DNA of 64,000 nucleotides from Spizellomyces punctatus DAOM BR117 (Eukaryota): NCBI GenBank assembly GCA_000182565.2, contig KQ257457.1; one strand, 5' to 3'. Shown piece by piece: positions 61,201 to 64,000 of this stretch (position 1 is its first letter; each line of letters starts with the position of its first letter). The notes under the pieces were generated by a model. It saw only the letters and a program-made list of their open reading frames with translations, ran no database searches and was not told where the DNA came from. The position numbers and the translations under genes were made by a program.

Positions 61201-62026
61201 TTTGCGTTTCGTAGTGCTGACACACACCAATCTTTAGTCATGAAAAGTGTTGAAAAACAGGGCGCCAAGGACGGTGCTGCACCTGTCGAGCAGCAGCAAA
61301 GTCCCCTTCCTGGTCCATCACCTAGGAACTCGGACATCTACCCCATCTCGACTGATACAACAACCGAGCAAATCGCCAACCTCATTTTCGACGACAGTCT
61401 TTTCAGAAGCCGTGACGACTATGCATATGGTCAAACCTCACCACCGCAAGCCCGAAGCCCCTATTCCACCACCCCGTCAGGCATCCCTACCACCTCCCAC
61501 CCACCCTCCACTCTCTGGCTCGGCCCTCTCTGCCCAATTTGTCCACGCCATGCTCGAAACCCATCTCCCACCCCCCGACACCCCCTCCGGACACTACACC
61601 CATGCCCCGCAATTACCCCCCACAACCCTCGACTCTATGCAAGTTGAAAAACGCGGTGACTACATTCTGAACCGCTATGCCCTCCTCTTTGATGCCACCA
61701 ATGAAGCCCTATCCACTCTCTTTACGCAACCATCTAGTCGACTTGTACGTTCTCGTCCCTTGTCCCGTGCACAAGTCATTGAACGCACCGTGGAGATGGT
61801 ACGAGGATGGAAAGCCTACTCGGAAACTCATGGCGAGAATTTGGATGCGTTGTTGATTGCTGAAGTCAAGCAAGCTGAAAAGGCTTGGAAGGAGATGCAA
61901 GGTTGGGAACGTCTTGTTGGTGAAAAGGTTTTTGAGAGAGTTTGGGAGGAGTGTTTGGTGGATACTGTTGGGGTTGTTAAAAGGGTTTGTGATGGGAAGG
62001 AAGAGAGGATGAAGAGTGGAATGTAA
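55256..62026 (+). CDS. CEP350: CEP350/CAP350-like centrosomal protein with large internal tandem-repeat expansions; start uncertain, apparent frameshift at ~61400
   Basis: YNPEEVREYM and YDAEKVRAYM motifs, RLSPHSL..KLMAEINLLEAIEES..QL.ELE..AQSEAVTL.QIL block, and C-terminal LLFDATNEAL..LDALLIAEV..W (DUF4378-like) all resemble CEP350. Confidence 0.75.
56829..57250 (+). repeat. Coding tandem repeat, 141 bp x3
   Basis: TGCCCAACACTGACGATGA-containing units start at 56829, 56970, 57111. Confidence 0.92.
57455..57589 (+). repeat. Coding tandem repeat, 45 bp x3
   Basis: DPDSHDSEQKDSQSH-like units at 57455, 57500, 57545. Confidence 0.9.
58232..58790 (+). repeat. Coding minisatellite, ~69 bp x8 (DLEDLSDFLSVGGGTAKPSGKAK)
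   Basis: Near-identical units with 9-bp GACTTGGAG slippage variants. Confidence 0.95.
58900..61020 (+). repeat. Complex acidic coding repeat array (YDSDSFVP.VES / YDNDSFASSVE units), with 58900-59130 duplicated at ~59485-59690
   Basis: Repeated ~90-114 bp units visible in DNA and in both ORFs on either side of the 59289-59351 intron. Confidence 0.93.
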
Positions 62027-62613
62027 ATGTTCATGTACCGTGATTTGGTGTTTTTTTGGTGGAGTGGGTTTTTTTTTCTCTCTTGTGAGTAACAAGATGT
62101 GAACAATTGTGCAGGAACGAGTTTTTTTAAAATATTAATGATTTGTTTTAATAAAGTAATATACATATGTGTGTGATTGGACCAAGTGTGAACCACACAC
62201 AAAAGGTTTTTGGGTAAATGTTTCCTTTTGTCGGGTGAGAGAATGTGAAGCTATATAAAAACATGGTACTAGTTTGATTGCGATTTTTTTAATGTTTCTG
62301 CCCACTGCACAGGAGAGGGGGTAACCGACAAAGATTGAAAAAACGACCAGTTTGCAGAACGGAAAGCATGTTTGTTTTGGCATCAACCTCCTCGACATTC
62401 TAGTAAGTGGATAAGACATTATCAAGTTACCCTCAACCATCAAAGTTTGGGCACACGTCGCAAATCCGGCAAAGGCACCCACTGCACCAAAAAACCATAT
62501 CCCAAAAAACAAATGTCTCTACTCACCACAAGTCCCAAAAAGGACGTGAGTGACAACCAGAGCTATAACTGTAGGTGGTTAAAAGAAAAAAAAAAGCAGC
62601 GCCTGTTTTCCAG

Positions 62614-62695
62614 CGTCGGCGACAGGGTTTGAACCTGTGCGGGCAGAGCCCATTGGATTTCAAGTCCAACGCCTTAACCACTCGGCCACACCGAC
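62614..62695 (-). tRNA. tRNA-Ser(TGA), identical to 45045-45126
   Basis: 82/82 identical sequence; poly-T terminator downstream. Confidence 0.97.
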
Positions 62696-63272
62696 TTTTG
62701 ACACGATAAATGAGCATAATAATTGATATTCATATTGCTGCCCATATCTGGAAGATAGGTACTCGATAGGGAAGTATTTCGAGAGTTTAAACAGTCTGGT
62801 ATGTGAAAAGAAATGAGATACGGTGTATTATGAGAGTCGATATAGTCCAGGTATAAAGGTATGGTCAAGTAGATATCAAGAGCATTCAACGAATGGTCCA
62901 TATAATGCAAAACACTCGTATCCAAAATTCGAAAAAACATAAAAAAGAACCACTAGTTTTTTACAAGATAATAATTTACTTTCTATAATACATAGCGCTT
63001 TTTCTTTTTTTTTTTCTCGTCGACTACGGAAAGTATTTACATACATGCTTGTATCCATCTTTTTCTTTTTCTTTTTTTTTTTTCTTTAAATATAACGCAC
63101 AAGATTCACAGTAGGTTTGTTAGAGGGGGTATGGGGGTGTGGTATCGCAACATACAAAAATGTATGCACATAAATGCACACACACACACAAAAAATCCAA
63201 AAAAAAAAGAAATAAAGAAAAAAAACAGGGTTTTGTTTCCACTGATGCAGTGTGTGTTGCTGTTCGTACTTT

Positions 63273-64000
63273 TCATTCGACGAAAACCGCTCTCGTTTCC
63301 CCCTTCCCGCACTCAAACTGATACAAAACACACAAGAGCGGGGAGGGTTGTTCAAAGGGTAATGACACATCTTCAAATACTTGCATAACGCTAAGGTTAT
63401 CAATGGCGATCATGCGTTCAACGTCCATGCGTAGGCATTGGAATCCGGCTAAAAAGGCCGAAAAGAATTGTTTGACGAAATCAAAGTGGTATAAATGGCG
63501 TTGTGGTGTTGTTGTTGTTGTTGGGGTAGTGGTAGGGGAAGCGGGGAGAGGGTATTGGACTTGTTTGGTTTCGAGGATCCGTTGACCGAAATGGTAGACT
63601 GTTGTTGTGCATTCTAGGGTTTTGGCACGGGTGGATTCAAAGACGCTGATATTGCGGAAATCGCCTGTCGTAAGATGGTGGAGATTAAGATGGATCTACA
63701 CGAGAAGAAAGATAAGTCATCAACACACAGAGTATGACCGCAACAGTCTTCCAAGAATAAGGAAACATACCTTGACCAACATCACATCCCCCCCTTTCTC
63801 ACACATTTCACCAACCCTCGGAAACCGATCCCGACACACACTCGAAACAGGCACACTCTCACACGCAGATTCCAACCTCGAGAACCGCGCAAGGGAATGC
63901 CGTTCAAGTTCTTTATCACCCAGCACATCAAGGTACAAATAAAAATAGGAAAAGAGTAATTTCTCGGGAAATGGTGTCGGCTGGCTTCTTGCGAGGGATT
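63273..64000 (-). CDS. 3' part of a protein with a TEAD-type YAP-binding domain (probable TEA/ATTS factor), 5'-truncated; intron 63770-63696
   Basis: Hand translation: KLLFSYFYLYLD..H..ESV....DRFP..E..KG..LVK|IHLNL..FES..TLECTTTVYHFGQRILE..IDNLSVMQV..LLCVLYQFE, collinear with the TEAD YBD; most of the last exon is absent from the supplied ORF track in this frame. Confidence 0.85.

Overview
Gene-dense, intron-rich fungal DNA. A CEP350-like centriole gene, a U12-type intron and Spizellomyces-type Fanzor elements point to a chytrid (Spizellomycetales; inference). The window holds about 20 protein genes: Clr4-like SET, homeobox, malic enzyme, Mix17, SAPS, GatA, APT1, CPSF100, an alpha/beta hydrolase, Pil1-like BAR, Csf1/BLTP1, Nse4, an acyl-CoA synthetase, a Ubp12-like DUB, p23, CEP350-like, a TEAD-type YAP-binding domain, and hypotheticals. 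It also has two identical tRNA-Ser(TGA) genes. The main signal is two complete non-autonomous Fanzor-type 'ghost' transposons (9108-9800 +, 47162-47809 -) plus a third partial copy (about 24680-24904 -). Each complete copy has a 5' CATA TAM, a TA target-site duplication, imperfect TIRs and a 74-nt omegaRNA-like scaffold at the right end followed by a flank-derived guide; no nuclease ORF is present. Both complete copies also share an internal Pol II-type cassette: a TATA box, an ATG exactly 100 nt downstream, a conserved WCRGPRPPD micro-ORF, a spliceosomal intron, and a ~96% identical second exon leading into the omegaRNA. Compensating frameshifts keep the spliced 71/74-aa ORF open to the same stop. 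Gene boundaries were read by eye and family assignments are from motif recognition, not searches.
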